Shown here: positions 17,514 through 27,530 of the stretch, piece after piece
Layout of the letters: each line of letters starts with the position of its first letter
How positions within the stretch are numbered: the stretch's first letter is position 1
Position numbers and translations under genes: made by a program
Virus record (IMG/VR): IMGVR_UViG_3300042520_001556
Location: 1 to 60,301 of that record
Length of the DNA: 60,301 bases
Source: a virus
Taxonomy: Duplodnaviria > Caudoviricetes
Reading direction: 5' to 3' (one strand)
The notes under the pieces: generated by a model
What the model saw: only the letters and a program-made list of their open reading frames with translations
The model's database searches: none
Told to the model about the DNA's origin: nothing

Positions 17514-18392
17514 GTGGACACCGCCACTGGTGACTATACGCCCGGCTGCATCCTGTTTCAGGACGGCCATAAGACCCTCCGGAACCAGGCGGAAATCGAC
17601 CGTCTGTACCGGCTGGAAGACGGACACTTCACCCGCTCCTACGTGACCAGCGTCATGGAGTACGGCGGGCTGGGCCAGGAGATGCTGGACAATGGGGAAC
17701 GTCTGTTCAGCGGCAACGCCGCCACCGACTTCGGCACCCTGGTGGACCGGGCCGTGCCTGCGACGATCTGCGGCCATGACCTGGAGAGCCTGTATGCGGT
17801 GGCTCCGGAGGAGGTCCTGTCGAACGGGGCCCGGCGGGGCAAGCCCTACACCGACTGGAAGGAGCAGCTTGGCGACCGGGCCGAGATCTCCGGGCCGGAC
17901 TGGTATCGGCTTACGAAGATCATCGGCAACGTGTGGCGGCACCCCGCCGCCCGGGAGATCCTGGAGGCAACAGAGGACTGCCAGGCATGCTTCCGGTGGA
18001 CTGACGACGCGGGCCACAAGCGAAAGAGCCTCGCAGACGGGGTGACCCCTGCGTTTCTGTGGGACTTCAAGACCACCAGCTCTAGCTGGAAGGATCTGTA
18101 CCGCAGCTGCATGAACTTCGGCTACCTCGTCCAGGACGCCTGGTACGAGGAAGGGGCTGTGGCCTGCGGCTGGGAGCCGCACCGCCTGCGGTTCGTCTTT
18201 GCCCAGAGCCAGAAGCCGTTTGGCGTGCGGGTCTACACGTTCCCGCAGGACCTGATCGAACACGCCAGGGAGCGGGTCCGCGTCACGCTGGACCAGATTG
18301 CCCTGCGGCGAGAGCTGGGGCTGTATCGCAGCCCTGAGGACGAGGAGTGCATGGAACTGGAGTTCCCTGCTTGGACGAGAGGAGGAGAGTGA
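17514..18392 (+). CDS. PD-(D/E)XK exonuclease, RecE/ExoVIII-like (start uncertain)
   Basis: KSLADG...WDFKTT...YLVQDAWY...FVFAQSQKPF; adjacent to ERF and SSB. Confidence 0.8.
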   Translation: MDTATGDYTPGCILFQDGHKTLRNQAEIDRLYRLEDGHFTRSYVTSVMEYGGLGQEMLDNGERLFSGNAATDFGTLVDRAVPATICGHDLESLYAVAPEEVLSNGARRGKPYTDWKEQLGDRAEISGPDWYRLTKIIGNVWRHPAAREILEATEDCQACFRWTDDAGHKRKSLADGVTPAFLWDFKTTSSSWKDLYRSCMNFGYLVQDAWYEEGAVACGWEPHRLRFVFAQSQKPFGVRVYTFPQDLIEHARERVRVTLDQIALRRELGLYRSPEDEECMELEFPAWTRGGE

Positions 18393-19063
18393 TGATTGTT
18401 GACCATGGACTACCCGGGGTGACTTGCTCCCCGGACACGGCTGATTTGGCAAAGGACCTGGCTCTGGCCCAGGCAGAGTTCCCGGCCATCGAAAAGACGG
18501 GCGAGAACAAGTTTGGCAAGTACCACTACCTGACCTATGCCGGCATTTGCGAGAGCCTGGTCAAGCCGTTGACCAAGCATGGCTTTGCACTGCCGCAGAT
18601 CTGCCTGACCAAGGCCGGCGGGGAGTGGCTTGCGGTGGGGACGCTCCGCCACAAAAGCGGGCAGTTCATCACCAGCCTGTGCCCGCTGTACCTGGGCAAG
18701 GAGAAGGACGGTACGCCCAAGGCGGACATGCAGGCCCTGGGCTCCGCCTACACCTACGCCAAGAAGTACTTGCTTCTGGGCCTGGTGGGAGGCTGGGCTG
18801 AGGAGGACGACGACGGTCAGCGGACGATGCCGGCGGCGGCACCCACGGGCGGCCGGCCTGCCGGGAGGGACCGTGGCCTGGAGATCGAACAGGCCGCCAA
18901 GCATGAGATCGACAAGGCCAAGGGCGACGAGGAGATCGCCAAGGTCCTGTCGCTAGTGAAACTCCGGGTCAGCGAGAAGGTCGCCAGCCCGGATGCGTTG
19001 AAGCGTGTCACCGCGTATGCGGATTCCAAGAAGAAGGAGGTTGCTAATGGCAAGTCTGAATAG
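18392..19063 (+). CDS. erf: ERF-family single-strand annealing protein
   Basis: LALAQAEF..IEK..N..Y; H.SGQFI; QALGSAYTYAKKY...EEDDDG. Confidence 0.9.
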   Translation: MIVDHGLPGVTCSPDTADLAKDLALAQAEFPAIEKTGENKFGKYHYLTYAGICESLVKPLTKHGFALPQICLTKAGGEWLAVGTLRHKSGQFITSLCPLYLGKEKDGTPKADMQALGSAYTYAKKYLLLGLVGGWAEEDDDGQRTMPAAAPTGGRPAGRDRGLEIEQAAKHEIDKAKGDEEIAKVLSLVKLRVSEKVASPDALKRVTAYADSKKKEVANGKSE

Positions 19064-19379
19064 CTGTGCGTTCACGGGGAACCTGACCCGTGACGCTGAG
19101 ATGAAGACCATCGGTGAGAACGAAGTGGCCTCGTTCGCCATTGCGGTGAACGGCCGCAAGGACGGGGACGCGATGTTCTTGAACTGCGATCTGTGGAGGC
19201 CGGGTGGCGTCGGTGGCTACCTGACCCGCGGCAAGCAGGTGGCCGTGAGCGGCGAGCTTCGCTGCAAGCGGTACGAGAAGGACGGCCAGAAGAAGGAAAT
19301 CTGGACGTTGGACGTGAAGAACCTGGCCCTGCTTGGCGGGGCACGGGAGCGTGAGGAGGCGGTTGCCACGCCCTTCTAG
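19047..19379 (+). CDS. ssb: Single-stranded DNA-binding protein
   Basis: N...GNLTRDAE, YLTRGKQVAVSGEL, C-terminal PF. Confidence 0.92.
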   Translation: MASLNSCAFTGNLTRDAEMKTIGENEVASFAIAVNGRKDGDAMFLNCDLWRPGGVGGYLTRGKQVAVSGELRCKRYEKDGQKKEIWTLDVKNLALLGGAREREEAVATPF

Positions 19380-19471
19380 GGCGGGCACTGGCTAAGGAAG
19401 GCCAACGGCGAACGGATTGGCCGGCTGGGGGCGGGATGCCCCCGGCCGGCACCGCCGACACGGAGGACAAG

Positions 19472-20977
19472 ATGCAGGCAAGGGATTACCAGCGGGCGTG
19501 CGTGGACGCCATCATCGACGCCATGGCCGAGGGCCATAAGGCGATCCTGTGCGACCTGTTCACGGGCGCCGGGAAGACGGTCATTTTCTCCCTGCTGGCC
19601 CGGGAGTGCTGCAACTCCAAGGTCCTGATCCTTGGGCCCCAGCGGGAGTTGGTCTGGCAGGCGGCCGACAAGATTGACGCCATCGTTGGCGAAGACGCCC
19701 AGGTGGAAATGGCCCAGTGGTGGGCCCAGGACGGGCGGGTGACGGTGGCTTGCACGCCCACCATCATGCGGGGCCGGCACCGCCGGTTCCTGGGGCACCG
19801 CATCATCATCGTTGATGAGGCCCACCGGCAGATGTCGGAGGCCATGCTGAAGATCCTGCGGGAGTTCCAGGAGCATGGCGGCCACGTGATTGGGTTCACG
19901 GCCACGCCGTTCCGGATGGACGGGCGGCGGCTGATGGACTTCTACGACCACCACGCCTTCTCCATGGGCCCGCAGCAGGGGATTGATAAGGCCTGGTGTA
20001 CGCCCATCCGGGCCAAGATCGTCAAGTGCAAGTACCTGGACCTGAACCAGGTGCGGGTGGTGGGCAAGGAGTATTCGGCCGAGGACCTGGACATGATCCT
20101 GGGCTGCTCCAAGGCCCTGCACCAGATGTGCCTGACGGTCGTCAAGCATCGACAGGGCCCTGCCCTGGCGTTCCTGCCGGGAGTCAACACGGCCATCGAA
20201 CTGGCCAAGCTCGCCAGCAGGGAGTACGGCATCAAGGCGGAGTTCGTCTGCGGCGACACCCGGATCCAGCCGGAGGATGAGCGGAACCGGATCATGAACC
20301 AGTTCCGCAAGGGCGAGATCGAACTGCTGTGCAACTGCATGGTGGCGGCCGAGGGGTTCGATGCCCCAGTGGCCAGGACGGTTTTCATGTTCCGCCCCAC
20401 CCGCTCTCGCCGGCTGGCCCTCCAAATCTGGGGCCGGGTGATGCGGCCCCTGCCCGGCGTGGTTGACGGGCTGGAGACGGAGGACGAGCGGCATGAGGCC
20501 ATCGCTGCCAGCGACAAGCCTGACTGCCTGATCATCGACATGACCGACAGTCTGAACGATCACAGCATCGTCACGGCGGTGGACATGTTCGCCCGGGACG
20601 ACACGCCAGAGGAGGTTCGTCGGGAGGCCCGCAACCAGGCGGCCGACGAGGACGGCGAGCCGGAGGATCCTGCGGACCTGCTGGCTCAGGCGGCGGAGAA
20701 ACTCCGCAAGGCCAAGCTCCTGGAGGAGGGGCTGGCACTGCTGCACGGCCGGGCGGCGGGGTCGCTTCAGGACCAGGAGGTCACGGTCGCCAAGAAGAAG
20801 TGCATCTCTGAATACAAGGTCCCGATCCGAGGCCGGTTCGCCGGCCGCACTATGGGAGAGCTAGACGATGGATTCATTGAATGGGCACTCCGCGCCCCAA
20901 GCATCAAGGGATGGCAGCGGAGCTACTTCAGCCGAGAGCGCCAGAGACGACGCTCTCTTGCAAAGCACGTTGGATGA
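19472..20977 (+). CDS. Superfamily 2 DEAH helicase
   Basis: RDYQ, TGAGKT, DEAH, TATP, EGFD, QIWGRVMR motifs. Confidence 0.92.
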   Translation: MQARDYQRACVDAIIDAMAEGHKAILCDLFTGAGKTVIFSLLARECCNSKVLILGPQRELVWQAADKIDAIVGEDAQVEMAQWWAQDGRVTVACTPTIMRGRHRRFLGHRIIIVDEAHRQMSEAMLKILREFQEHGGHVIGFTATPFRMDGRRLMDFYDHHAFSMGPQQGIDKAWCTPIRAKIVKCKYLDLNQVRVVGKEYSAEDLDMILGCSKALHQMCLTVVKHRQGPALAFLPGVNTAIELAKLASREYGIKAEFVCGDTRIQPEDERNRIMNQFRKGEIELLCNCMVAAEGFDAPVARTVFMFRPTRSRRLALQIWGRVMRPLPGVVDGLETEDERHEAIAASDKPDCLIIDMTDSLNDHSIVTAVDMFARDDTPEEVRREARNQAADEDGEPEDPADLLAQAAEKLRKAKLLEEGLALLHGRAAGSLQDQEVTVAKKKCISEYKVPIRGRFAGRTMGELDDGFIEWALRAPSIKGWQRSYFSRERQRRRSLAKHVG

Positions 20978-21030
20978 GATTGCGGAGCTGTTCCGCATCA
21001 AGGAGGCGTTTCCGTTTACGGAGGAGAGCG

Positions 21031-21621
21031 ATGAGGAAGAAGGAAACAAGGACGTACCGGCAGCGAGAACAGGCCAGGGTCATAGCTGGTGGCGAAGAGT
21101 TGCGGACTGGTGCTTCGGGCGTTCCGCTGGCACTCGCAGCCGACCTGTACAGGACGGTGATCGTCAACCGGCAGCCGCCACGCAAGACGGCCCGTGAACT
21201 GGGCCTGTCCGTGGATCTGTCCGCACGGATGTTGACCCTGATGAAGCGGCACGGCGTGCCCTCACGGGACAGGCTGATCCTGCTGTCGGTGGGTTACCCG
21301 GAACGCACGTACTCCGAGATTGCGGCTGCGTTCCACACCACGGTCGATCACGTCAATGCTGTTGTCCTGCGGGCGTCGTCCATTCGCAGGGCAGAACCCC
21401 TCTCCACGGAGCTGTGGGAGGACATCACCGAGAAGACCATGACGCAGGACGAGATCTCCGTCCGTGCTGCTGAGGTCAGGAGGCTGAATGAGCTGGACAA
21501 AAGAGAAGTTCCTGAACGTCCTGTCGGACGCGCACAAGGCCGAGAAGGCCTGGGTGGACTCAGCCCGCGTCAGCGGTGCCGCCGTGGCCCACGGCAGGAA
21601 GATTGTGCTGCCAAAGCATGA
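21031..21621 (+). CDS. Putative HTH DNA-binding protein (start uncertain)
   Basis: RKTARELGLS and TYSEIAAAF HTH-like segments. Confidence 0.45.
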   Translation: MRKKETRTYRQREQARVIAGGEELRTGASGVPLALAADLYRTVIVNRQPPRKTARELGLSVDLSARMLTLMKRHGVPSRDRLILLSVGYPERTYSEIAAAFHTTVDHVNAVVLRASSIRRAEPLSTELWEDITEKTMTQDEISVRAAEVRRLNELDKREVPERPVGRAQGREGLGGLSPRQRCRRGPRQEDCAAKA

Positions 21622-22081
21622 CCCCCGGAAGGACTTCTGCCCGACACCCGATGCGGTCGCCCTGGTCCAGCTGGAGATCAAGGTCCGCAGCATCAAGTTC
21701 ACGTCCCCGTCCGACTTCCCCTATCCAACGGTATTCGTAGATGACGCCAACGGCCTGTCCAAAGGCCCCGAGCCATTCGCCTGGGTCTTCGTCAGCAAGC
21801 CCACGGGAGCGTGGGTCTGGGCCAGCTGCCTTGACCGCGACGACCAGTGGGTGTTCCAGGACGTGTACGACACCATGCGGGGATTCACCTGCAAAACCCT
21901 CGTCGCCCCCAGCTGCTGCCTCCGACCCGCCGACCAGCTGCTCCGGATGCTGTTCGCTGGAGAAGGCCTCCAGTACGTGGAGGGAGAAATGGGAGCGTTC
22001 AGAGGCGAGGAACGGCCGCCTGACAAGTGCGATCCGTCACCTCCAAGAGGAGGTCGAAAGGCTACGAAAAATCCTGGTTGA
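21488..22081 (+). CDS. PD-(D/E)XK-like nuclease-fold protein
   Basis: PD.......EIK motif. Confidence 0.55.
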   Translation: MSWTKEKFLNVLSDAHKAEKAWVDSARVSGAAVAHGRKIVLPKHDPRKDFCPTPDAVALVQLEIKVRSIKFTSPSDFPYPTVFVDDANGLSKGPEPFAWVFVSKPTGAWVWASCLDRDDQWVFQDVYDTMRGFTCKTLVAPSCCLRPADQLLRMLFAGEGLQYVEGEMGAFRGEERPPDKCDPSPPRGGRKATKNPG

Positions 22082-22140
22082 TAGTTGGGGCGACGTTCCC
22101 GGGGAACACACGTACACTCAGGACACCAAGGAGCGGCATC

Positions 22141-22410
22141 ATGGAAATACGTGAGAACAAGGTGCGGGTGGTGCAGCAGCGGTTTGTGATGGACGCGGTG
22201 CTGGTCTGCGAGGGCGACGATCCCGGCTTTGCCGCGGACCACGCCACCATCCAGCGGTGGGCCGATGACCACGCCGAGATCCTGAACGCAGAGCCCTACG
22301 ACAACATCTGCCGCATCGTCGCCACGCAGTTCCCCCGGGTCGTCACCGTGGAGGTGACTGACTCTGAGACGGGCTGCGGTGTGATCGTCCACGCATGGAC
22401 CGGGGCATGA
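22141..22410 (+). CDS. Hypothetical protein
   Basis: RBS AAGGAG before ATG 22141. Confidence 0.65.
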   Translation: MEIRENKVRVVQQRFVMDAVLVCEGDDPGFAADHATIQRWADDHAEILNAEPYDNICRIVATQFPRVVTVEVTDSETGCGVIVHAWTGA

Positions 22411-22550
22411 GCGGCACGCTGATCATCGTCACTGGCTGCATCTACGCCTACGTGGCCTGGGAGCAGCTCCTGAAGGGCAACGACGGCATGGCCCTGGCAT
22501 ATGCCGGGTACAGCGTCAGCAATATCGGCCTTTGGATGGCGGTTAAATGA
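22407..22550 (+). CDS. 47-aa membrane protein (not in ORF track)
   Basis: MSGTLIIVTGCIYAYVAWEQLLKGNDGMALAYAGYSVSNIGLWMAVK; ATGA overlaps on both sides. Confidence 0.7.
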   Translation: MSGTLIIVTGCIYAYVAWEQLLKGNDGMALAYAGYSVSNIGLWMAVK

Positions 22551-22710
22551 GGCGACCAGTGGGATACCTGGTTCGGCAGCGCGGCCTGGCCGAGTACGCC
22601 GAGATCTGCCGGACCAAGAAGGAGGCGATCCAGGCTGCCAAGGAGTGCTTCTGGTGGTCCAAGCAGGTAACCGTCAGGCCTCTGTACGCAGGCAAGGAGA
22701 TCAGGGTTAA

Positions 22711-22944
22711 GTGATCCTCCAGCTGAACCCGCCGATCCACGTAGCCACCCCGCTTGGCGAGGGCGACACGCTGATGGTCATCGACTACGGCTGCCACCTG
22801 AACAGCGTCTGGGTGGTCTGGCTGTTTGAAGACGGCCGGGTCAACCACTTCGACTCATCCGACATCCGGGTCATGGGGAACGCCATGTATGGCATCCCCG
22901 ACCCACCACCGCACAAAGCGGGCGCGTCATCTCCTGGCCGCTAG
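22711..22944 (+). CDS. Conserved-type small phage protein
   Basis: ILQLNPPI..TPLGEG...IDYG...W pattern. Confidence 0.7.
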   Translation: MILQLNPPIHVATPLGEGDTLMVIDYGCHLNSVWVVWLFEDGRVNHFDSSDIRVMGNAMYGIPDPPPHKAGASSPGR

Positions 22945-23202
22945 CCCCGCTATAGAAATCAAAACAGCGCCAGCCTAAAGCAAAAGCCGGCCCATGCCGG
23001 AGCGGCCAGTCCGCACAAGTCAGAACCAGTCGGTGAAACTCCAGGCAACGGGCGGCTAATCGATGCCGCAATCACCCCTACGTCCTGGTCTTACGCCGAT
23101 GGGCCGAGAGGCCTCCCCCAATAAGCCGTCCTGGTTCCGTGGCCACACAGCGTCACCGACATGGGCTCCTCCCCCATATCGGCAGGGAAGGGGTCTAGCC
23201 GC

Positions 23203-23604
23203 ATGGCAAAAATGAACAAGCATGAGCAGGCCGAGTGCTGGGAATGGGCCCAGCTTCACCGCTGCTGCGGCATCTGCTGGTGGCCTGAGAGCGATGGGCG
23301 GCGAGAGCTGCACGTCCACCACATTTGCGGCGGCGCGGCTCGCAAGCATGACGTTCGCAACTACTGCCGGCTCTGCTCTCGCTGCCATGAGGTTCTGCAT
23401 TCCGGACGGCTTGCGGGTAACTATCCCGACCTGGACACTAGTGCAGTCCTGTGGGCCAAGCAGGAAAGCGACCCGGAGAACTTCGACCCGGAGTTTCTGG
23501 CCAGCCTCAGGAGAAGAAAGTGGCTGGGATACGACCCGACCCCGCCCGACCAGTGGTATCTGGACGAGCGGCAAAGAAACCTAAGCAAGGCAAGGAAGCC
23601 ATGA
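23203..23604 (+). CDS. HNH endonuclease-like protein
   Basis: CGIC...HVHHI...N...LCSRCH. Confidence 0.8.
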   Translation: MAKMNKHEQAECWEWAQLHRCCGICWWPESDGRRELHVHHICGGAARKHDVRNYCRLCSRCHEVLHSGRLAGNYPDLDTSAVLWAKQESDPENFDPEFLASLRRRKWLGYDPTPPDQWYLDERQRNLSKARKP

Positions 23605-23867
23605 TCTGCCATCGGATAGACGACCCGTTCCATGAGCTGGCCGAGGTCAACCCGGAGGCCTTGCTGGCGGACGGGTTTGAAGACGCCTACCTGGGATACG
23701 TGATCAACACCCACCACAAGAGCGTGGCGGTCTACGACTCCATCCGGTGCGTGGAGATCTTGATGCGGGACGGGCTCACGGAGGAGGAGTCCTGGGAGTA
23801 CCTGGACTTCAACACCTTCTGTGCCTACGTGGGCGAGGACGGGCCGCTGTTTATCAGAGGTGAGTGA
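23601..23867 (+). CDS. Conserved-type phage hypothetical protein
   Basis: ADGFEDAYLG...EYLDFN...YVGE.GP; coupled ORF. Confidence 0.75.
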   Translation: MICHRIDDPFHELAEVNPEALLADGFEDAYLGYVINTHHKSVAVYDSIRCVEILMRDGLTEEESWEYLDFNTFCAYVGEDGPLFIRGE

Positions 23868-24370
23868 TGGGCAGATCGCAACGCCAGAAAGGCAAGCGAG
23901 GAGAACGCCTGGCATCGAAGGCCGTGACGGCCGCCCTGGGCGTCAAGGCCCGGCGGGGCGTGCAATACAAGGGCGGTGCCGGCTCTGCGGATATTGAAGT
24001 GGAGATCCCAGGCATTCACTGGGAGGTCAAGTTTGTGGAGCGGGAGTCTGTCCGGGCCTGGATGAAACAGGCCAGGGACGAGTGCGGCGTGTCTGTGCCG
24101 GTGGTGCTTCACAAGCGGAGCCGAGAGGAGTGGCTGGTCACCGTACCGATGGAGCGGCTGTATGAGTTCGTCCAAAGACTGGAGGAGGCCATTGGTCAGA
24201 CGCTTCAAGCGTTGGGCGGAGAGCCGCTTCCCAGTGAACTACCCCTTGCGGTACTACCTCCGGGACCCGAAGCGGCTGCCGGGGATGCACGGGATGTTTC
24301 AGTACGACGAGGAGAACGAGAGAGGAGTGATCGCCGTCGCGTCCAACGCGGTGGCGGATGTGATTCTTGA
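23867..24370 (+). CDS. Holliday junction resolvase (Hjc-like PD-(D/E)XK)
   Basis: SQRQKGKRGER...ADI...EVK...PVVLH. Confidence 0.8.
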   Translation: MGRSQRQKGKRGERLASKAVTAALGVKARRGVQYKGGAGSADIEVEIPGIHWEVKFVERESVRAWMKQARDECGVSVPVVLHKRSREEWLVTVPMERLYEFVQRLEEAIGQTLQALGGEPLPSELPLAVLPPGPEAAAGDARDVSVRRGERERSDRRRVQRGGGCDS

Positions 24371-24500
24371 CACCTTATGCGAGGAGTTAGCCCATGCCCG
24401 AACTGTCCACCTATGCACTGAAGATGAAGACCCCCACACCCCCTCCTTCTGGGCCGAGTACGGAAGAATCGTCATGGCCGCTAGAGAACACAAGTGGTGA
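24162..24500 (+). CDS. Hypothetical protein, possible metallopeptidase-like fold
   Basis: TLCEELAH...H...FW pattern; overlaps the tail of the resolvase ORF. Confidence 0.5.
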   Translation: MSSSKDWRRPLVRRFKRWAESRFPVNYPLRYYLRDPKRLPGMHGMFQYDEENERGVIAVASNAVADVILDTLCEELAHARTVHLCTEDEDPHTPSFWAEYGRIVMAAREHKW

Positions 24501-24765
24501 CCCGTACCGGGAGATCTGCGACGAGCTGTACCGCCTGCTGACCCGGAAGCGGGACTACTACGGGTGCGGCGAGGACCCCCTGGAGAACGCCCTGGGCGTG
24601 GCGGAGGACGGGGTGGAGCCGGTCACCTACCAGGTTGCCCGCATCGGGGAAAAAACCCGCCGGATGCGTGGCCCACTGGAGACAATTACTAGACAGAAGA
24701 CCCTCATGGACATTGCCGGCCACGCTGTGGTGGCCATTGCCTGCGAAAGGAGACTGCATGGTTGA
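24394..24765 (+). CDS. DUF1599 / nucleotide-modification-associated helical domain protein (start uncertain)
   Basis: LLTRKRDYYG...N...RIGEK..R...DIAGHAV. Confidence 0.65.
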   Translation: MPELSTYALKMKTPTPPPSGPSTEESSWPLENTSGDPYREICDELYRLLTRKRDYYGCGEDPLENALGVAEDGVEPVTYQVARIGEKTRRMRGPLETITRQKTLMDIAGHAVVAIACERRLHG

Positions 24766-25087
24766 CAAGTTTATCGTCGTCCGGTGGCTGCTGAGCCACG
24801 CTCAGGTTCTGCGGGAGATCTCTGCCATCGTTGCCGGCTGGTCCGACGCGGCGACCCTGGCTGGCAAGCTGGAGATCGTTCACCGGGTGGCCCAGGCCCT
24901 GCTGCCTGTCATTGAATCCTTCCCCCTGTTCCAGGCCCAGGCACTGCCTGTCAGCCCGGAGGAGGCAGAGGAGGAGCTGCGGCAGGTGGAGGCCCTGGCG
25001 ATCCCGATCCCGATCCTGATCAACGTGATCGCCCCCATCGTTGTGTCGCTGGTCCGCCTGCTCCTGAGCCGACAGGACGACGAATGA
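24758..25087 (+). CDS. Hypothetical protein with C-terminal hydrophobic helix
   Basis: RBS AGGAG; IPILINVIAPIVVSLVRLLL. Confidence 0.7.
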   Translation: MVDKFIVVRWLLSHAQVLREISAIVAGWSDAATLAGKLEIVHRVAQALLPVIESFPLFQAQALPVSPEEAEEELRQVEALAIPIPILINVIAPIVVSLVRLLLSRQDDE

Positions 25088-25977
25088 GCCAGATCGTCCA
25101 CCTGCCCCCGTACCACGTTGACGCCGTCGCACATGCCGTCCCCTCCTCCGGCATCGACTGGCATCTGTCCGGGTACGGGATCCCCTCCCTCTGGGCCAAA
25201 ACCCAGGGGGAGGGGGTGCAGGTGGCGGTCCTGGACACGGGCGTGTGCGAGGCTCACCCGGTCTTCTACGGGGCGGGGCTGATGCACCGCAACTTCACCA
25301 AGGACTGCTCGCCCTTCGACACCAACGGCCACGGAACGCACGTGGCGGGGATTGTGGCGGGGCGTGGTCCGATGATGGGCGTGGCCCCGAAGGCCGACAT
25401 TCTCAGCCTGAAGGTGCTGGGCAACGACGGGGCCGGGTCGATGGACGCCGTGGCCCGAGCCCTGTACTTCGCCGTGGAGATCGGCTGCCACGTGGTGGTC
25501 ATGTCCCTGGGTGCCCCGGTGGGAAGTTCCCACCTGGAGAAGGCCGTCCTGGCTGCCTCCAAGGCCGGCGTGCCGGTGGTCTGTGCGGCGGGGAATGACG
25601 GGGGGCGAGTGTCATACCCGGCCGCCTACGGCTACACCATCGCCGTGGGTGCGGTGGACGAGAGGGGCCAGGTCTGCGAGTTCAGCTGCCGCGGCCGGGA
25701 GGTGGACGTGGCGGCGCCGGGCCACAAGATCCGATCTGCCTGGTGCCACGGCGGCTATGCCACGCTGTCCGGCACAAGCATGGCTGCCCCGTTTGTGGCG
25801 GGGGTGCTGGCCCTGGCCACTGCCAGCTGCGGCGGCAGGCCATTGGGGCTTCAGGCCCGGGCGATCATTGCCCAGACCAGCACGGATGCCGGCCCGCCCG
25901 GCAAGGACAATGACTATGGGTGGGGCCTTATCTCGCCCGCGTCCATGCTGCAAGAGGGGGTCTGCAAAATCCTATGA
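25084..25977 (+). CDS. Subtilisin-family (S8) serine protease
   Basis: VAVLDTG, HGTHVAG, AAGN, SGTSMAAP: full catalytic set; no signal peptide or long propeptide visible. Confidence 0.95.
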   Translation: MSQIVHLPPYHVDAVAHAVPSSGIDWHLSGYGIPSLWAKTQGEGVQVAVLDTGVCEAHPVFYGAGLMHRNFTKDCSPFDTNGHGTHVAGIVAGRGPMMGVAPKADILSLKVLGNDGAGSMDAVARALYFAVEIGCHVVVMSLGAPVGSSHLEKAVLAASKAGVPVVCAAGNDGGRVSYPAAYGYTIAVGAVDERGQVCEFSCRGREVDVAAPGHKIRSAWCHGGYATLSGTSMAAPFVAGVLALATASCGGRPLGLQARAIIAQTSTDAGPPGKDNDYGWGLISPASMLQEGVCKIL

Positions 25978-26186
25978 CACTGCCCCAGATTATCGCCGTC
26001 GCGTCTGCGGTCATCGTTGCCGGCATGTACCTGAAGGACTTTGTTCCTGCGGGTCTTGTCCGCAGGGAGCCGGAGATGCTGCTTCATCTGCGGAACATCA
26101 TTGCCGTGCGGGATGCCTACAAGAACTCTGAGGTCACTGCCCGCTGCAACGCCCTGATGGAGGCCCTGCTGGGCATGAAGCCATGA
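25974..26186 (+). CDS. Small protein with N-terminal transmembrane helix
   Basis: IIAVASAVIVAGMYL; ATGA coupling. Confidence 0.7.
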   Translation: MTLPQIIAVASAVIVAGMYLKDFVPAGLVRREPEMLLHLRNIIAVRDAYKNSEVTARCNALMEALLGMKP

Positions 26187-26593
26187 AGCACATTCTTGCG
26201 GCCGTTGTTGCCGTGGCCCTGGTGTGGTCCTTCATGCCAGCCAGCCCCGTCACCCCTGTGGTGGTGACGCCTACAAGCCCGGTCACTGCTGCCCTGTCAC
26301 CTGCAAGCAGGCAAGACAAGGCCCGCGTGGCCGCCTTCTACTCAGCCCTGGCCGACGTGGTGGAGCGTGATGCCAAGCTGACTCCGACCGTGGGCTCGTT
26401 CCGGGAGCTGCACGCCCGCAGCCTGGACGCCGCCTTCAAGGGGACAGACCTGCCGGGAAAATACCCGGGCCTGGACGTGGCGATCAACGACCGGCTGAAG
26501 GCAGTTGTCGGGACGGACGATGTCCCGCTCCCGCCAGCCAAGCACCAGTCGCTGGTCCAGGCCCTGAAGGGTGTGGCGAACGATGCCAGATGA
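26183..26593 (+). CDS. Secreted or membrane-anchored protein
   Basis: Signal-like N-terminus followed by a Pro/Val/Thr linker. Confidence 0.75.
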   Translation: MKHILAAVVAVALVWSFMPASPVTPVVVTPTSPVTAALSPASRQDKARVAAFYSALADVVERDAKLTPTVGSFRELHARSLDAAFKGTDLPGKYPGLDVAINDRLKAVVGTDDVPLPPAKHQSLVQALKGVANDAR

Positions 26594-27530
26594 GCCCCTC
26601 TTCGACAGTCCCGAAGACCTGGTCCGGGCCTATGAGGCCGGCGGATTCCAGGGCTATCAGCCCTCAGAGCGGGACAAGCAGGAGTTCCTGGCAACCAACC
26701 CCGTCCGCGCCTTCGTCGCCCCCACCAGTGGTGCGGGAAAGCGTGCCCTCCTCTGGGGCTACACGCTGGCGTTGGACCCGGGGGCGTACTCTGAGAGGCA
26801 GACGGTAGGCGATTGTGTCAGCCATGGTAGTCGGAACGCACGGGACCTGACCCGTGCGGTGTCCCTCCTGGTCAACGGTGATCCGTTCTCATGGCACCGC
26901 CGCACCGCCACGGAGCCCACCTACGGGGCACGGGGGCACGGCGGGGAGGGCATGTCACCCGCCCGGGCCAGCCGGTTTGAACGGGACACTGGGTTCTGCG
27001 CCCGGGAGAAGTACGACGGGGTGGTGGACCTGACCACGTACGACGGGCACCTCGGCGCCAAGTGGGGCCGGCAGGGAGGGACTCCGGCCAACGTCCAGGA
27101 GCTGTGCCGCCGCAACAAGGTAGGCACCATCACGCTGATCAACAGCGTGGAGCAGGCAAGAGACGCCCTGTTCAATGGGTACGGGATCCACTCCGGACAG
27201 ATGGCGGCCTGGTCATCGAAGCCTAACAGCCAGAACATCCATGGCAGAAGTTCCCCGGGATGGGCGCATGATATGGCCACAGTTGGTATGGACTTCAGCC
27301 GTACACACTGGCCATTCGATGTCTTCTTCATTGCAAATAGCTGGGGCCGGTGGAATACCCCAGTGCCCAACTGGCCCAGCGACTACCCGCTTCAGGTGCC
27401 AGGCATGATCGTCACCAAGGCCGACGACTGGGATGTCTGTGTCCACGGCGGGGACTGCTGGGTGTACTCCGATGTCCAGGGCTATCCGCCCCGTGCCCTG
27501 CCAGACCTGGGGAGCATCGGCCGCATATGA
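26583..27530 (+). CDS. Papain-like (C1) cysteine peptidase
   Basis: QTVGDCVSHG, HDMATVG, ANSWG motifs. Confidence 0.85.
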   Translation: MPDEPLFDSPEDLVRAYEAGGFQGYQPSERDKQEFLATNPVRAFVAPTSGAGKRALLWGYTLALDPGAYSERQTVGDCVSHGSRNARDLTRAVSLLVNGDPFSWHRRTATEPTYGARGHGGEGMSPARASRFERDTGFCAREKYDGVVDLTTYDGHLGAKWGRQGGTPANVQELCRRNKVGTITLINSVEQARDALFNGYGIHSGQMAAWSSKPNSQNIHGRSSPGWAHDMATVGMDFSRTHWPFDVFFIANSWGRWNTPVPNWPSDYPLQVPGMIVTKADDWDVCVHGGDCWVYSDVQGYPPRALPDLGSIGRI

